From Macrostomum lignano (taxonomy: Eukaryota): 64,000 nucleotides of DNA. The notes under the pieces were generated by a model, which made no database searches, was not told the DNA's origin, and was given only the letters and a program-made list of their open reading frames with translations. The DNA lies in NCBI GenBank assembly GCA_002269645.1, contig NIVC01000725.1, forward strand, positions 1 through 64,000. Reading direction: 5' to 3'. Position 1 is the stretch's first letter. Every line of letters begins with the position of its first letter. Below, in pieces: positions 18,038 through 31,131 of the stretch. Both the position numbers and the translations under genes were made by a program.

Positions 18038-18672
18038 ATGATTTGGAAGACTAATTTTCTGGTCGCTTTGATCTGCATAGCTGCAGGTAAGTTAGTCTGT
18101 TTTGCGGCGATATATTTTGCTAATTAATTTAATACGCAATTTTTGCCTGCGAGACAATTGATAATCAAGCTTCTTTTCCAGGAATTGCAATTCTGCCTGG
18201 CAGCTTTGGAGCCCCGGAGGTCGAATGGAGCTCGAGCAAGTTCAGCAACGAAGGAGAGTTCAGGAATGACAAGCGAATCCTCAGGGATCCCATGATTGAC
18301 AAGAGAATCCTCAGGGATCCCATGATTGACAAGAGAATCCTCAGGGATCCCATGATTGACAAGAGAATCCTCAGGGATCCCATGATTGACAAGAGAATCC
18401 TCAGGGATCCCATGATTGACAAGAGAATCCTCAGGGATCCCATGATCGACAAGAGAATCCTCAGGGATCCCATGATTGACAAGAGAATCCTCAGGGATCC
18501 CATGATTGACAAGAGAATCCTCAGGGATCCCATGATTGACAAGAGAATCCTCAGGGATCCCATGATCGACAAGAGAATCCTCAGGGATCTCATGATCGAC
18601 AAGAGAATCCTCAGGGATCCCATGATTGACAAGAAGAGCTATACCACGGACAACCAGGAACGCAATGATTAA
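18038..18672 (+). CDS. Putative neuropeptide/peptide-hormone precursor, 179 aa. Exons 18038-18086 and 18182-18672; signal peptide + 12 x KR-ILRD(P/L)MID
   Basis: The spliced product is MIWKTNFLVALICIAAG-IAILPGSFGAPEVEWSSSKFSNEGEFRND(KR-ILRDPMID)x12-KK-SYTTDNQERND-stop. The 95-nt intron has a CAG|GTAAGT donor and a TTCTTTTCCAG acceptor with matching phase 1. The N-terminus is hydrophobic. Most repeat variants are synonymous in this frame (ATT/ATC, AGA/CGA); one is P>L. Confidence 0.85.
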
Positions 18673-20916
18673 AAGCCGCATGTAAGCAGCAACTGATGGA
18701 GCACCTGTCCAATGACTCATTCTAAGCGCGGTTAAGCAACAAACTACCCAATGTCCTACTATACGCTTTAGCTGACTAATATAATTACTTTGCAATAAGA
18801 CTAAAGGTACATCCGTACGAAAAAATACATATTGGCAAAGACAGAATTATTCAAGGGTCTTTGTTCTTATCAGAACAACAAGCAACTAAAACTATTGTTG
18901 TAGCTGGTTGGACGATTTTTTCGCCTTCTATAATCTATAGCTATGTAAGAAAATCTGCGCTCAGTTTCAAGAATGCTGTACATGGAGTTTTTTGTTGACA
19001 TCATTGGTAAAAAGATTGCTTGATTTAAGAAAAGAACCGCCAAATTAGGATTAATAATCCCTACTGCATGCTTTGTTATATAGCGTTTTTTCATTTTAAT
19101 TTTTTCATTTCATTAGTTAGATTAGAACGTATAGTACTTTCTTTGGGAAGTAGCCTCTGGGTCTGTCCGATCAAAGACGGATCAAGGAAGCGTTGGTGAA
19201 TTGGGACGGGAGGAGGGCGTCGGCGGTTCCAAAGTTGATCTCGCGAACGAGCTATTCGCGAAGTTGCCAAGTGATCAAACACTAGCTTGCTAAATTGGAA
19301 AAAATGGTGACAAAAATCGAAGGAAATGCGACAAGCAGGAACGTAAGACTGCAAGGGATCAATAGGTAGGACGCCTGAAGAAGTTTATGGCCGTTCATTT
19401 GTCGCTGCATGGAACAGGATCGTTCGGTTGTGAATGTCTATTAAATAACGCACGGTTTAATCTTCAAAGACAGGTAAGGTTGTGCCATGGACTACTAAAA
19501 GCTACCGACGTAAAATACACAATCATGTTATAATAAATTGATAAACTATATTCGTAGACTTCCAAGACGCGAAGGCCGCAAAGTCAACCCAAAAACGGTC
19601 TACTCTCCCGACAAAAACGGTACCTAGGCCAAGAAGTGTCCCAGAGACGTTGCAGGTAAATAGGAAAGAAGCGACTCTAAAACGACTCCGAACGCTTCTA
19701 TAACAAGTCATTTTAGTGACTCTGGGGGTGTAGATTCGTATCTGAGGCGCGCCAGTCGCTGTAGAATCACTGAGTTGCGTCTGAAGCGCATCTGCGTCAC
19801 TTCATGAATAAGAATCGCATTTCGCATTTATAAACACTGTTTGTTTAGTCTACTTGAGTTAGTAGAAAGTTAAGCGCTAACACGACTTTTGGACGTAATG
19901 TGTTCAGGATCCAAAATTTGCCTCTCCATCGCATTACAGTCGTTTGAGTCGGTAAAAAGTCACAAGAGTCGATGCTAGAGTCGCCTGTGAGTATATCGAT
20001 TGATCAAATTATGAAATTTATTAACAGCCGAGTCGGAAAAATTTAATTTTGATCATTTTTTTACTTTGATGTAATTGTAGGCTTGCTAGTCTGTTAGTAG
20101 AGTTATCTCAGTCGTAGCTAAGGAACAGATGGGCGAGTCAAAGAGGACCTTCTCACAAAATTTGGCTTGACTTTGGTCTGGTACAACAGATGATTTCGAT
20201 TATCACTGTTTCATCTTGAAGCAAAATAAATTCTCCACTGCAATTTACTGATGGCTTTCGATTGCAGACAAAATGTCTACAAAGACAATCCGTCCTAGCT
20301 ACAGATTTATTTACTACTCGTATGTTATATATTACTTAATAAGTTGTTACCATATTCTAAGAAAAACGCAAGCTAATAGAACATAAAACGCATGAAATAG
20401 ATTAAAATAATATACAAAACGCAATGCAAAGTGCAACAAATTTACTTTCTATACTACTGATAAGTAGCCAGTCACAGACATGCACTTGATGCTACATAGA
20501 AAAAATGTTATCAGGAGAAATTCAGTTGAAATCAGTCACAAGAGTCACAAGAAGATGAAGCACTTCGATATATTAATTTTTTCTACTTCTGCATGCGTGT
20601 TAGCTGTAGCATACTTTACTTTACGTTTAACTATTAAGCATTTTATTCTAAAAAGTGGCACATTTTACACTGCACCTTCTACTTCTTATCAGCACTCAAC
20701 GCAGTAGTCAAGACTCAAAAGTCCAATATATAATTAAGGCACTTGTTGTTTTTCGACACGGAAATAGCAGACCTTAATCTAACAAAAAGTTACAAATCAA
20801 AGTTATTAAAGAAATAACATAAGCATCGAGAAATTGGCAGATTCTAGTTACTAAGGCATTAATATTTATTTCTGTTGTCTTAGTCTCCTATTACATGCAA
20901 TGGGTCGCCATTACAA

Positions 20917-20993
20917 ACCCGAAAAATCACAACTCCGAAAACCAAAATAGTGTTGAACATTGCTAGAACTTTCGGAGTTGTGATTTTTCGGGT
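20917..20993. repeat. Perfect 24-bp inverted repeat with a 29-bp spacer (MITE-like remnant)
   Basis: ACCCGAAAAATCACAACTCCGAAA (20917-20940) and its reverse complement (20970-20993). Confidence 0.8.
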
Positions 20994-21368
20994 CCGTGAT
21001 GCCCCCCATGCAATTCCCAAAATGAATTCAGAATAAAAGTGCAAAGCGCGTCCAAGTAATGATAATAATAGTATGATATATAATAATATAATATGATAAT
21101 AATATTTAACTGGAATGCACTAAGGGCGTGTATATTAATTCTAGCTAAAAATAACACTCCGTCAGAGATACAAGTCTGTGAGCAATATGATATGTAAATT
21201 GTTCTTTCCAGAAAAATCATCAAATAAAATTTACAGACCAAATTTTGATTGCACTTGCGTAAGCTGAGGTGCTTTAAAAACGTCTAGCTAGCAATAAAAT
21301 GTGCCTTACAAATTAGAAAGAAAAACTCTAAAGTAAAAAAAACATTGCCTTGACGCTTACATTGTCAC

Positions 21369-21827
21369 AACCACGGATACTAGAACAACTGGATGGGCCA
21401 GCCACTCAGCACATTTGCGTGTAAGCTACTTTCAGTTCAGTAGTAAGTTGAAGGGAAGCATTTGAATAGGTATTTTTAAAGCCAAGGCTCTTTTAATGAC
21501 TCTTCCCCCCAGATTAAACCATCTAACCGCGCCTTTCCAAACTACCCACCGCCCCGCCTCCATTTTTATTACCTTTTTCGGACTTCCTAGCCTAAAGCTG
21601 CCATGTACATTTCAGTGGACTGGCCAATGTACATTATTGCTGAACCAACTAGCAAGTTGTTTACACCTGCAAGTATGGGATTCTAAACTTATCAAAGTCA
21701 TTTCAGCTGCTTTTATTCTTATAAAATAGCTTATATATTCTTATTTGCTACTGAACTGAAAGTAGAAAGCTGTTTTGCTAAGTATATCTGAATGAGTGGC
21801 CCATTTAGTTATTTTAGTATCTGTGGT
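21369..21827. mobile_element. Degenerate fold-back/MITE-like element with ~80-bp inverted arms
   Basis: 21369-21446 matches the reverse complement of 21745-21827, including the shared block CTACTTTCAGTTCAGTAG and ACCAC.GATACTA.AA.AACT..ATGGGCCA. Confidence 0.55.
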
Positions 21828-22412
21828 CGCAACTTGGCACTTGAAATGTTTATTCTAATCTTCTCTAACTTTAATAAAGAAGGGTTAATTAGCAGGAAAT
21901 AAAACTACAACACAAGATTGGTTATTTGAGCAGAGCTAAATGAATCACAACCATGATGTCTTGCAAATTGTGATTGTGATTTAAATACAATAACTGCCCA
22001 TCTCTAAAGCCTTAAGTACTGGACGCAAAAACTAATATAATATATAATATTATTATTACTAAAACTAATAACTATGTGTGAAAAATAAATGTTTAACTAA
22101 AATACAAATGTGTACTTTGATCGAGTTCAACAATAGCTATACTACTAAAATGGCTTAGTACTGCCTGACATCTGACTACATAAATTATTTAACTTCGAAT
22201 ATATTCTACACAGAATAAGAGTTAAAAAACTGCTTATGAAATGTCAGCAAGACTTAAAGAAGCTATAAAAATCTGCGTGGTACTACAGCAGGTGAATCAA
22301 AGATTTTTATTATTAGCGAAATAGGCACGTACTGGTATTTAAGTTGGACACAAAGACAGATTGAAGAAAATACAGTGGGGACAGACAGTCAATCAGTCAG
22401 AAAGACGCAAGA

Positions 22413-22414
22413 TG

Positions 22415-22476
<62 letters not shown>

Positions 22477-22523
22477 GAGACACACAGACAGACAGACAGA
22501 CAGAGAGACAGACAGACAGACAC

Positions 22524-22584
<61 letters not shown>

Positions 22585-22631
22585 GAGACACACAGACAGA
22601 CAGACAGACAGAGAGACAGACAGACAGACAC

Positions 22632-22728
<97 letters not shown>

Positions 22729-22780
22729 GAGACAGACAGACAGACAGACACACAGACAGACAGGCAGACAGAGAGACAAA
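22413..22780 (+). repeat. (GACA)n microsatellite with GAGA/CACA interruptions
   Basis: Seen directly. Confidence 0.97.
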
Positions 22781-22983
22781 CAAGCAGGTAGGCACTATAA
22801 CAGGACCAGACAGGTTCCCAAATACAGGCAAACTGACACTAAGAATGAATGATAAAAAAGACCCGCAGACAGCACAACAAATACAAGAAGACAAGCGCCA
22901 AGACACAGAGACAAGCAGACACTGTTGGACCCACACAGGCGAAACGAAATTAAATGTAACCAGACGTTTCTAGATTCCTAGAT

Positions 22984-25721
22984 TCACCGAGCTTTCTTAG
23001 AACTAGAACCCTGCGAAACGCCCTCAGGACTGGCGCTGGACGCTCCGCCGCCAAGACCGTAGCTGGATGACTTGCGGATTTCAGTGACGCCAATGAGCTT
23101 TCTGGCACCGTAGGACATGAAAACCAATAGCAGGACAAATAGACAGCAGTTCAGCTTAGACTGGACAATGTAAGGCAATACGAAGACTGCAAACACTAGG
23201 ATGGACCAGGCCAACCAGATCAGATAGGCGGTGATGTCTTTGTTACGGCGAGCCAAATGCATATCGGTGGCCGCTTGGTCTGGGAACTGGCCGTGCTTGA
23301 AGTAGTAATCCAGGGCGTCGTCCTGAAGTATCACAAATTTAATTATTCATAGAGAGTTAGGTAACTGGCGGTGAACATCAAAGCTTGAATTTGAATACCT
23401 GGGTTAGGGGAATGGCGGCAATTGACTTTGAATACCTAGGGTGGAGGAATGGCGGTAATTGACTTTGAATACCTGGGGTGGAGGAATGGCGGTAATTGAC
23501 TTTGAATACCTGGGGTGGAGGAATGGCGGTAATTAGCTTTGAATACCTGGGGTGGAGGAATGGCGGTAATTAGCTTTGAATACCTGGGGTGGAGGAATGG
23601 CGGTAATTAGCTTTGAATACCTGGGGTGGAGGAATGGCAGTAATTAGCTTTGAATACCTGGGGTGGAGGAATGGCGGTAATTAGCTTTGAATACCTGGGG
23701 TGGAGGAATGGCAGTAATTAGCTTTGAACACCTGGGGTGGGGGGCATGGCAGTAATTAGCTTTGAATACCTGGGGTGGGGCATGGCAGCAATTAGCTTTG
23801 AACACCTGGGGTGGAGGAATGGCGGTAATTAGCTTTGAATACCTGGGGTGGAGGAATGGCGGTAATTAGCTTTGAATACCTGGGGTGGGGGCATGGCAGC
23901 AATTAGCTTTGAACACCTGGGGTGGAGGAATGGCGGTAATTGACTTTGAATACCTGGGGTGGAGGAATGGCGGTAATTAGCTTTGAATACCTGGGTGGGG
24001 GGAATGGCGGTAATTAGCTTTGAATACCTAGGGTGGGGCATGGGGGCAGTTAGTTTTTTATATAAGAAAAAACTGCCTACTAGGCCTAGGGGAGTCTCTT
24101 CACAACACTGAAATTTTCTAGAGGGATTCTAATTGGGGATTGATACCGGGATGAAGAGATCTCTAATTATGGACCAATGTTAGATTAAGTGATTTCTAAT
24201 CAGGAGACTTTTTACTGACCTTTTTCTTATAGAGATCGAACAGCCATTTCGAGCACTCCGCGTCGTCGCTGGGCACATCGTCCAGGGGGATTCGCTCGCA
24301 AAGGAAGTCAGCCCGACAGGGACGGCCATTCAAGGCAGCCATCATAGTTGGATCCTCGCCTGCTGGCACGGCCAGGGTCATATCGTAGATGCAGGAGGCG
24401 CGGCCTTTCAGAGACTGCAACAGCAGAATGAAGCCGCGAGTGCGCGGCAGCAGAAGGTGCCGCATTGGAGAGAGGCCTTTGGCGGCGGCGACTTCGTTGC
24501 ATGCGGCCAGTTTGGCCTCGGTGAACCTGGTGCCCTCGGGGAAGAACAGCACGCTGACCGGGTGCTCCTTCGGGTAGGAGATCATCTCCTTGGAGTGGTA
24601 CTCCAGTACTCGACGGTCGTGATCGAGGTTTCTAGATAGGAACATGCACTCGGTGAAGTAGAAGGACCAGCCGATGATGGGGATGAACTTTAGCACCTTC
24701 TTGCCCACCATCTTGGAGCTCTGCGGGGGAAAAAGGGGAGATCAAATTCAAGTAATTTTTGAGTTGTTTGGGGTTGCCTGTCGAGCTGGCCAGCAACAGA
24801 AATTTATGAGGCTGGCTCAGCAACTGGGGATCTGGGAGGCTGGCCCAGCAACTGACACTCTGGGAGGCTGGCTCAGCAACTGGGGATCTGGGAGGCTGGC
24901 CCAGCAACTGACACTCTGGGAGGCTGGCCCAGCAACTGAGAATCTGAAAGGCTGGCCCAGCAACTGGGGATCTGGGAGGCTGGCCCAGCAACTGAGGATC
25001 TGGGAGGCTGGCTCAGCAACTGAGGATCTGGGAGGCTGGCCCAGCAACTGAGGATCTGAAAGGCTGGCCCAGCAACTGAGGATCTGGGAGGCTGGCTCAG
25101 CAACTGAGGATCTGGGAGGCTGGCCCAGCAACTGAGAATCTGAAAGGCTGGCCCAGCAACTGAGGATCTGGGAGGCTGGCCCAGCAACTGAGAATCTGAA
25201 AGGCTGGCCCAGCAACTGAGGATCTGGGAGGCTGGCTCAGCAACTGAGGATCTGGGAGGCTGGCCCAGCAACTGAGAATCTGAAAGGCTGGCCCAGCAAC
25301 TGAGGATCTGGGAGGCTGGCCCAGCAACTGGAATTAGAAAGTTTTGGCCACACGCACCAGCACCCAGTTCGCTCACCCCAAGCATTCCCAGGCGTTCAAC
25401 AGCGCACCAGCCGAGCATCCAGTCCGTCTCGTAGCGATGATTCATAATCACAATACTGTGCTCGGTGCCCAGGTGAGGCACCTGCTCAGGCCGCACAAAC
25501 ATACGAATTTTACTGTTAGCATACCATTGCGACAGCATAGTAAACTGGCACCAGATTTGGAAGGCCAGCCATGAATTGAGCTTTCTATAAAGCCAGCGAC
25601 TAAATGGCCAAACTAGCAGAGTGAGCAGTTGAAGAAAATTCACAGTCAGGCCAATAACTAGAAAGCCCCAGATCAACAGGATGTGAACTGGGGGTAGGCG
25701 CTTCCACCAACTGCCGGGCAT
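22984..25721 (-). CDS. AGPAT3: 1-acylglycerol-3-phosphate O-acyltransferase, AGPAT3/4 type, ~394 aa. Exons 25377-25721, 24220-24720, 22984-23322
   Basis: Contains the acyltransferase motif NHRYETD (NHX4D), LG-SSKMVGKKVLKFIPIIGWSFYFTECMFLSR, FFPEGTRF and HLLLPRTRGF, plus a C-terminal dilysine ER motif KKAR. All junctions are GT-AG, phase 0. AGPAT3 and AGPAT4 cannot be distinguished by eye. Confidence 0.93.
23385..24050 (+). repeat. Intronic minisatellite, 37-bp unit GAATGGCGGTAATTAGCTTTGAATACCTGGGGTGGAG, ~18 copies
   Basis: Seen directly, in AGPAT intron 2. Confidence 0.95.
24805..25330 (+). repeat. Intronic minisatellite, 28-bp unit GCTGGCCCAGCAACTGAGGATCTGGGAG, ~19 copies
   Basis: Seen directly, in AGPAT intron 1. 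Confidence 0.95.
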
Positions 25722-26325
25722 GTTGATTTGACTTTTAATTTAAAGTATTCCAATTATGGAAAATTGCAACTTCTTGCTGAAAATATAATTATACTACTGT
25801 AAAGCCAATGATTGATTGGTATAATAAACAACAAAAATATTTCAAAATAGGATGATGTTCTAATCAGCTAGTAATAAAAATCACTCTTAAAGTACATTAA
25901 AGAAGGCCAATTGTGAAGTTGAAGTTGAACAAACACATTGTCAATCAAGTACATGAAATTCCTAGAAACCATAATACACAATGAGGCCTAGAATTAATTG
26001 CAAATATTGTCTTAACCTATACACACTACAACAGATTCACCATTGCCACTATCAGTCCCACTATGCTATATGCAATTTGAAAGACCTTGACTAGTCAGAA
26101 AAGTCTGAAAAAACTGACAATAATTTGCAAATCATAAAGACAAGTAGACTTTATTAAGGTTTTTAAATGTCAAAATTATGAATTTTCACAAATCTAATAT
26201 AGAAAGCGCTTACCATTATTTTATGATTTCAAAAAAGCCTTAACTTATTAAAATTAGTTTAGGATTCTTTTAAAATGGATTTATATTTTTAATAATAGCA
26301 GTCTAACTTATATGTGGGATAATTA

Positions 26326-26710
26326 GGCGGCTACACTAGAGCAGCAACTGAACTGGACAAGAGCGTTAGGACCAAAGCCCTGTGCAATTGGGCCAAGCTG
26401 CAACACCCATCCACCATCCTGCACTGGCGGCAACTTCAACTGGCAGGCCATGTGATCCAGGCCAAGAGCTACTGCCCCCAACCTGTTCAGGACGTCCTGC
26501 TGCTCAACTTGTAGGGTCCGTTCAAGCGGGGTCAGGCCCAAACCTGTCAATGTACAGACTGCCTACTGTGCGATGCAGGGGCACCTGACACTGCCAACAG
26601 AATAGACTTTGTTTGCTCCCAGGCTCTGTGGCATGCCATCTGACATGTTCTGCTCTAACTATGACATTTTGCTTGCAGGGCCATATACTTTTTGTTGTTG
26701 TTGTTGTTAT
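26326..26710 (+). mobile_element. 5'-truncated RTE-like non-LTR retrotransposon remnant with (TTG)n tail
   Basis: The translation ...PSTILHWRQLQLAGHVIQAKSYCPQPVQDVLLL*GPFKRGQAQT...DCLL.DAG resembles the RTE-type RRL.LAGHV.R C-terminal region. It has an internal stop and a TTG tail at ~26690-26710. Confidence 0.72.
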
Positions 26711-27954
26711 GAGATAAATATAAATCAATATATATTTTAATAAAAACAAAGAATTCTTCAACTATAAGTATGACAATAAAAGCATTTTATTACTTGATTT
26801 TTATTTCTATCTAAATATTTGAGACCACCTTAAGTTTATAAGAGCTAGATATATTTAACTTTAGTACTACAGTTAGAGCTATTAAGACTGTTTAGGAGAG
26901 GGCTTCATTTAGATGTATTTGTATTGATTCACCTACCTGTACTGTTTATCATACCATTATTTTTTGTATACATGTTTTAGCCCCATCCCCCATTTGTAAT
27001 ATGTTTAGCAGTACCCACCCCATTTATTTAGAAAAATTGATTTGTTGATTTAATTATAAAATTATTGGTCTCTCTAGGAAGAGTGTGCTTTGTTTTGCTT
27101 CTTTGGCTAATAGCCAAAAATAAAGCCTTATTTGTGAAGACTCAATTCATTGCATGAACCTTCAAAACAGAGATTGCTCTAGAATAGAGATCCAATAAGA
27201 CTAATAATAGTGATATTTACCAAGGCAAGTATAACCAATTAGAAATTATGCAGTGCATAAAATGATAGTCTAATCTCTAACTAAGTTAGTCTCAATGCTT
27301 ACATCTTTCCAAGTATTGAAAGAATTTGTGCCTCTGCTCCTTTGGCTAGATTAAACAAAGACTTCTATGTCTAACAAGGAGCATACTAAAGATACTAGGA
27401 GATCCTACCATTTGGATCTAATGGATCTAATAGCAATAGCACTACAATGAAGTCCTTGAATAAGAAACAAAGTTTAGGATAAAACATCTTAATGGGAGAC
27501 CTGTCTAGAGTTAAATCCATAGGTAAGTAAGTAAAATTTAGTATATAAGGGAATGCAAGGATGAGCTTAATCTGTTTCAATAATTGAAGCTGCTGTTACT
27601 GAGCTTCAAGTAGGTTACAAGCTATTATCTTAACAACTTGTTAATTTCTTAGAAGCAGAAGCAGCAGAAAAACAAGCCAAAATTATAAAGCTAAACAAAT
27701 AGCTTTGTTGCCATTTACAAATGTACATTAGGATTCTAAATGTTTTTATAGTATATGGATGCCATGGTATCCTGACTTTCATTTAGGCATCTTGGATTTA
27801 GAACCCAAATGCCAAATTGACATGCTGTTTTTGAGATTGATACCAACTTACTAAATTCTAGTAAGTTAACTGTGATAAATTAACTTAACTTAGGCCTATC
27901 TAATAGATCTTTCTATATCTTCCAAAATCTGCCCTCCATTTTTACTATTAAGAA

Positions 27955-28150
27955 TCAGCCCCCTGGGTCTTTACCTTCTAGTATCTGCCTTACTGGGTCT
28001 TTACCTTCCAGTATTTGCCCCACTTGGTTTTTACCCTCTAGAATCTACCCTCTGGGTCTTCACCCTCCAGAATCTGCCTTTCCCCTGGTTTTTTACCTTC
28101 TAGAATCAGCCCCTTAGGTCTTTACCCTCTAGAATCCACTTTTGGGTCTT
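27955..28150 (+). repeat. Degenerate ~35-bp tandem repeat (CTGGGTCTTTACCTTCTAGTATCTGCC-like)
   Basis: About 5 diverged copies seen. Confidence 0.6.
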
Positions 28151-28344
28151 TACTAAATTACACATTTGTACTCCTATTATTGGCCCACCACCACCTCACT
28201 TTCCTTTGCTGCCAGTTCTCTTATTTCTATTCTATTCAAAAGTTTGAATTGATGTGCTATCCGTCTTTTAGAGTTTATAAACTCTAGACTCTTTGTGTAC
28301 CAGATTATAATAATTAAGGAAGGATTAATTAAGGATTAAGGAAG

Positions 28345-28394
28345 TTCGCGGGCCGCATAGAAAGTCTTTGCAGGCTGGAGGTTGCCAACCCCTG
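28345..28394 (-). mobile_element. hAT-type MITE terminus fragment
   Basis: The minus strand begins CAGGGGTTGGCAACC with an internal GCGGCCCGCG, typical of hAT MITE ends. The partner end was not found. Confidence 0.45.
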
Positions 28395-29420
28395 TTGTAT
28401 AGTGTCTCAAGATCAATATTTTTTGGTTTATTTTGTACATTTGTTACCCATGTGTTATTTTGGCTAATGATGATAATGCATTTGCTGTCCTATTGCAAAG
28501 TTTATTTGTAATAAACAAATATTTAGTATATAAGTCAGTCAACATTTAAAATTTAAAATAGGATCTGGGTTTTTAAAAATGAGTAGGCCTATGTTATCTT
28601 TACTTTAAGTATTTTTAAGATATACAATCCAGATCCAGATATTTCCTTTTAGTATTATACACATGAATACTGACGTTGTATTTCATATTTTGTTGGCAGA
28701 CGAAATAACTGCATTGTTTTGCGAAATAACTGCAACGAAATAACTCCATCAGGAACAACCATTACAGGACTTTATACCATAAAATATTCTGTGATGATTT
28801 CCAAACTTGAATTGTTAGAAGCTAAGTCAACTTTTAAGCATGATATTTTCTGTCTCCAAGAACCTTGATCCTTGGATAATTGACACAAAAAGTAACGATA
28901 AACTTCTCAACAATGTCAACAAATTTTATGACAACTACATAATATTTCAAAAGTCTGCAAACAAAAAAGGAAGCAACTTTATTGGTAGGGCATCTTGTGA
29001 AAAATAAATAAATATTTAAATATATATTATTTATATTATTTATATTATATACATTATATATTTATAAAAAATATCGCTTGAAATTAATTTGGACAGTCGC
29101 GCGTCTATAACGTCTATAACGGCGTCTTCAGAGGAATGAACAAATGCTTCTTGGAAATCACATTTGAAAAGCAAAATAATTAGATAAAACAAACTAATTA
29201 TTAAGAAAAGCTATTTAAATGCATTAACTAATACTGTTATAATATTATAATATAATATTGTTGTGTGAAATAACTACTTGAAAACTATGCACTGTTTTTT
29301 TATTGTCACTGAAACACTTAATCATGCAGAAGATGTCTCGAAGTCGAAAATAATCCAATCTAATGATAGCAATCATTAAAATATGGTTCCATCAACAGAC
29401 CATGACTATGGGGGGGGGGT

Positions 29421-29701
29421 CACAAGGTCGGAATTTTACAACGTCGAAAGCACCTTCATAACATAAGTTCAAAATTTTAGAACATCGAAAACTCAACTGT
29501 AGCAGCCATTTCACTGCACAAGGTCGCAACTTCAAGGTCGAAATTTCACACAAGCTCGCGGAATTTGACAAACGTCGAAAGCTTAAACAAAAATCATGCA
29601 GTACGTGAAGTTTTGGCGTTAAGAATTTCGTTATTTGATCGGCCCCATGAAGTCTGGCCCTTGTTTTCGACGTTGTGAAGGACAGTTGAATTCGACCTTG
29701 T
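29421..29701. repeat. MITE-like segment with inverted subterminal motifs (ACAAGGTCG / ACAACGTCGAAA)
   Basis: Left copy ACAAGGTCGGAATT..ACAACGTCGAAA, an inverted copy at ~29665-29701, and internal direct copies. Confidence 0.4.
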
Positions 29702-31131
29702 AAATTACTGTAAGCACCCGGATTATAGTGTCTCTTAAAGTTCTTTACCCCGGCAGGCAACAGCACTTTAAAACTTATTGACCTCAACTCTTCGTCATAA
29801 ATGTAACTCCGTATACATGTATACATCTGGCTCAAAGAAATTTCTGGTCCGTGCATTTATACGTTAAATATACGATAGTACGTACGGTGGCAGCTTCACT
29901 AGTTTAACGTCGACGTTAAATCCTCATGGTCTGATCTGTTGTCTGAAGATCGTGCGAACATATATATGTACATGTACATGAAGTAAACCTAAACGACAAA
30001 ACCTACAGACCGCGATCGCCAACGATTTTCTATCCCCCCCCCTGATATTTAAAGGACCCCGTGGCAGACTGAGAGAGTTGTAGTTGTATCTACTGAATAT
30101 ATAAATGTTTGAACGCAAAGAATTGTGCTGGAGATTTAGGACTGGAGTGCGTGAATTCGAATTCTGCACTTAATATCATGTATATGCACGCTGATCAAAT
30201 CCCCCTGCAGACCCAATTCCATTGATTCTTTATCTGAAAAACTGTTTAAACAGTAATTACTGTTAACAAATTGAGAAGCTAAAGAAATCAGCAAAATAAG
30301 TACACATATGCGTGTAACATATAATTATATAGAAGTTAGAAGTTAGAACATGTCTCGCAAATTGTACTAGCGTATATATCACTTTATTCTCTGGTGCCAA
30401 AACCACTTGTGCTAAAATTGTGAAGCTAAAGGCCTTAGTGTCAATTTTTTCGTGATTGTCGGGAGTTTCAGGATGTTTCCTCATTTGTCAGGCGTGTCAG
30501 GATGTTTCAGGAGTGTCAAGAGGGTCAGAAATACCATCACTATCATACAGGAGCGTCAGGAGTGTCACCTTTAGGAGTATTGGCGGCTCTTGCAAAGTTC
30601 TTCAAAGCAGCAATAAGAAAATCAAAACTTTTAAGTTTGAAAGAAGAAGTCTTAGCGCCGGGGCTGTTGCCCCCAGGACCCCGGGTCCTGCACGTAATGG
30701 CGTGGTGAACTATCTGTGCAGTATGAGACTGGTATGGCCTTTATCCCAGCCAGCGATGCTCACACCTGCCTCCCCTGGCGGGCTGATAGCTCAAGAGACT
30801 CTGTCTCCTGATTTTCACCTTGCAAGGCGCACTTCGAAGGGTACTCGTCCCGTGGGTGTTAAGGCAGGCCCCCTTGGGCCCTGCCGAGCTGATTCGTTGG
30901 CGCCGGGTCCTGGTGTGACCATAAACGCACCCTCTAATGTCCCAGTGTAACTCCGTGCTGATGGACGCTTGGCCAGGGAGTAGTCTGGTCGCTAACGGTT
31001 CCCCTTGCGCTTTTGGGTCCCCCGCAGGGTGGTATTTTGCTTTTTGGGGGCCTGCCGCTTGGTTTGGGGTTGCGGCCTTGCGGCTCTTTGCCTGTGTTCT
31101 GCAGGAAGTCCCACCTTTTTACTTCCAGCCA

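Noticed and set aside
18124-18795. Minus-strand ORFs NHGIPEDSLV and ILLSIMGSLR repeats
   Set aside because: Antisense shadows of the prohormone. Splice sites, signal peptide, KR sites and synonymous variation all support the plus frame.
19091-19711. Exon-like segments with GTAAGG/GTAAAT donors near 19.4-19.65 kb
   Set aside because: No coherent spliced ORF or recognisable protein could be assembled.
30657-30830. HDV-like self-cleaving ribozyme in the LINE 5' UTR
   Set aside because: A partial motif is present (GCC-UCCCCU-GGC, a GAGAC/GUCUC hairpin followed by CUGA), but I could not build P1, P1.1 and P2 pairings. It needs an Infernal or RNAMotif search, so it is not claimed.
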